Below, piece after piece: positions 62,301 to 64,000 of a stretch of 64,000 bases of DNA. The position numbers and the translations under genes are program-made. Every line of letters starts with the position of its first letter. Position 1 is the stretch's first letter. Location of the stretch: the NCBI GenBank assembly GCA_907165135.1, contig OU015567.1, positions 2,356,001 through 2,420,000 on the forward strand, in the 5' to 3' direction. Origin of the DNA: Oikopleura dioica (Eukaryota > Animalia > Chordata). The notes under the pieces were generated by a model. It made no database searches, was not told the origin of the DNA, and saw nothing but the letters and a program-made list of their open reading frames with translations.

Positions 62301-62918
62301 TCTCTTTCTCCTTGATAACAATCATTTCTCCCGAAGGAAAGTCAAAATCCCCAAATTCTTGCATGCAACGTTTGAACCTCGGATAACATTCATTGAATGA
62401 AAAGTCAATCATACAATCTTTGTAGCTTCTCCCACAACTCAACGTTTTGAACGTCAGCGTTGGCCCAAGCTTTTCAAGGCCGGCATAATTCGTAGCGAGA
62501 ATAATCGTCTGCCAGAATAAAAATCCGAAAAAAACGTAGGTATATTTCTGCTTGTCTGTTGATGATCCGCTAGAATAGAGTAAGAACGAGACTAAGGATC
62601 GTTATCTTACTGAGGTTTGAGTTCGAATTTTGCGACGTCATGATAACGGTAGAGTGGTTTTGATTTCTCTGGAACCAGGATTGCATTTCCTTCTAGCCTC
62701 CGCAAGACGCCAGTACAATGGCATTCCATGCACTACAAGAATATTTGAAAAGTAAAATAGAGAGTCTCAACCTGAATTTTCTCCTGATCCCTCATTTCAA
62801 CGAAGAAAATAAGATTTGGTTTTGGTTTGTACGGAACGCAACGTAAAAAAGGCGCCTCGGAAATGCCAAAAAGTGAACTTTGACAAGTCTGATCTTTCAA
62901 GCTCCGTTTCGACGCCAA
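59382..62918 (-). CDS. Cys-rich type II membrane protein (CPxxxxCPxGCPC family), paralog of 26734-29977
   Basis: TM YVFFGFLFWQTIILA, SCGRSYKDC, EFGDFDFPSG, ICADLC, CPFEKTCPHGCPCPFFEC; C-terminal exons 59382-60128 linked across a TE-containing intron; ends uncertain. Confidence 0.55.
60140..60417. mobile_element. TA-flanked MITE with long (about 90 bp) TIRs
   Basis: TA|GGGGACCCCGTATTAGTACTAACTGTATTACCCAAACACGTTATTGATGAGTACAACATG ... CATGTTGTACTCATCAATAACGTGTTTGGCTAATACAGTTTGTACTTATGCGTCGGCCCC|TA. Confidence 0.88.
60477..61342. mobile_element. TA-flanked foldback-type element with 16-bp subterminal repeats
   Basis: TA|ATGTCT..GGGTAACCCTCATTCTCCCAG ... CTGGGAGAATGAGGGTTACCCAGACAT|TA; alternating TCATTCTCCCAG/TCATCTGCCCAG units in both orientations at each end. 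Confidence 0.85.
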
Positions 62919-64000
62919 CCTTGCTATTACATTGCATTTTTTCTCAACAAGTTGGAGGGTTCGTCAAGAGTTTGCACTCCGAATGTCGTATAATTTTCCA
63001 TTACGTAAAGATCGTCTTGAATAGCAGACGAACTATTTGATCAGTTTTACGTCCTGATAGATCAGATTTATGGCCCAATAAAAGGTCTATTCCTTATATG
63101 GAAAACGAAGCTAAGTGGGAGTATCAATTCGGATGGAATTTTTCACCGCCATTTGAGTTCAATTTTCTATCTAGCTAGTCACAAAATTTCATTGACTTCA
63201 AATAGCTCTGGCTCCGGAAGGACACATCGGGAGACGGTATCCTGTTCTTTTCAGACTCTCGCATTGTCTCAGTTTTTCAATGGATTGCGTCGAAGCCTCC
63301 TGGGAATAGAAGTGCTCAAACTTTAGAAATCTCCGGGGTGAAGAAATCACAGATTAGCTTAGGTCGTCTGTGCTTGTGAAAGGTGTAGAAGGCATTGACG
63401 TAGAAGCGGGAGAATATTTCCGTTGGAATAATGGAGCTTATCCGCCACAGCTGTTGCCACCTTGCTAATCCATCTCAGTGAAGGCAGACTACTAGTTACT
63501 AGACTTTCGCTGATATCAGGCAAGTTTAAACTTCCCTCAAATATTGGTTCGCTCAAGCTTCGAAAGAAGCTTCGAGAACAGTGTAAGATGTTTCTCGAAA
63601 AACAAATGGTCTCTCAAGTTTAAAATATTGCTCTGCTCTGTCTCATTGCTCAAATATCGCTCTTATCTCTGTCGAATGAGAAGCTATTCTTGAATTTTTT
63701 CAATCTTCGTCAATCCTACCATTTTCGATACACACTGCTACGGTCACCAACTATCGATTAAAGACTATAAAAATTATATCGAATATCTATATTAAATCGA
63801 ATAAAGATTTATAGTCTTACATTATATTATTTTTCTTCGTCGTTTCTGTTTTTTAGTTGTCATCGTCTTCAGGAGGCAAAAATGTGTATGTAACATACAG
63901 TATGTTCGATTGAATAAGGCAATTTTTGACTATGCGATCTCCTTACTTTTCTCGCCAAGACGAGGATTATGAAATTCAAATAAGAATCGCCCTCGATTTC

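Noticed and set aside
63300-63556. Possible minus-strand exon with weak NTF2-like look (FSRFYVNAFYTFHKHRRPKL)
   Set aside because: Too short and no coherent gene model could be built

Overview
Eukaryotic, very compact, intron-rich genomic DNA with about 35-100 nt introns, frequent non-GT donors and splice acceptors just before ATGs. This is most consistent with the appendicularian tunicate Oikopleura (inferred, not verified). Recognisable genes: a TSP1-repeat secreted protein (runs off the left edge), ARID1/osa, a PLAC8/cornifelin protein, FBXO9, tRNA-Lys(CTT), alkaline phosphatase, a stripped-down type IV diacylglycerol kinase, Na+/K+-ATPase alpha, an HS3ST-like sulfotransferase, a large astacin-LDLa-EGF-mucin-PAN-ZP protein and SERP1/RAMP4. 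There are also several lineage-specific orphans, including two Cys-rich type II membrane paralogs, a putative beta-propeller glycosyl enzyme and small secreted proproteins. At least nine non-autonomous DNA-transposon derivatives (MITE/foldback) with TTAA, TA or 8-bp target-site duplications are present, and no transposase is seen. The most notable observations are: a foldback element inserted inside a coding exon with a possible in-frame splice rescue, several homology-supported GA/GG-AG introns plus one junction with no G-N...AG solution, a recurrent AGCCGC-NN-GCGGCT palindrome, a candidate horizontally acquired propeller glycosyltransferase, a candidate peptide-hormone precursor, and a protease-ZP polyprotein. 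All gene models were spliced by eye.
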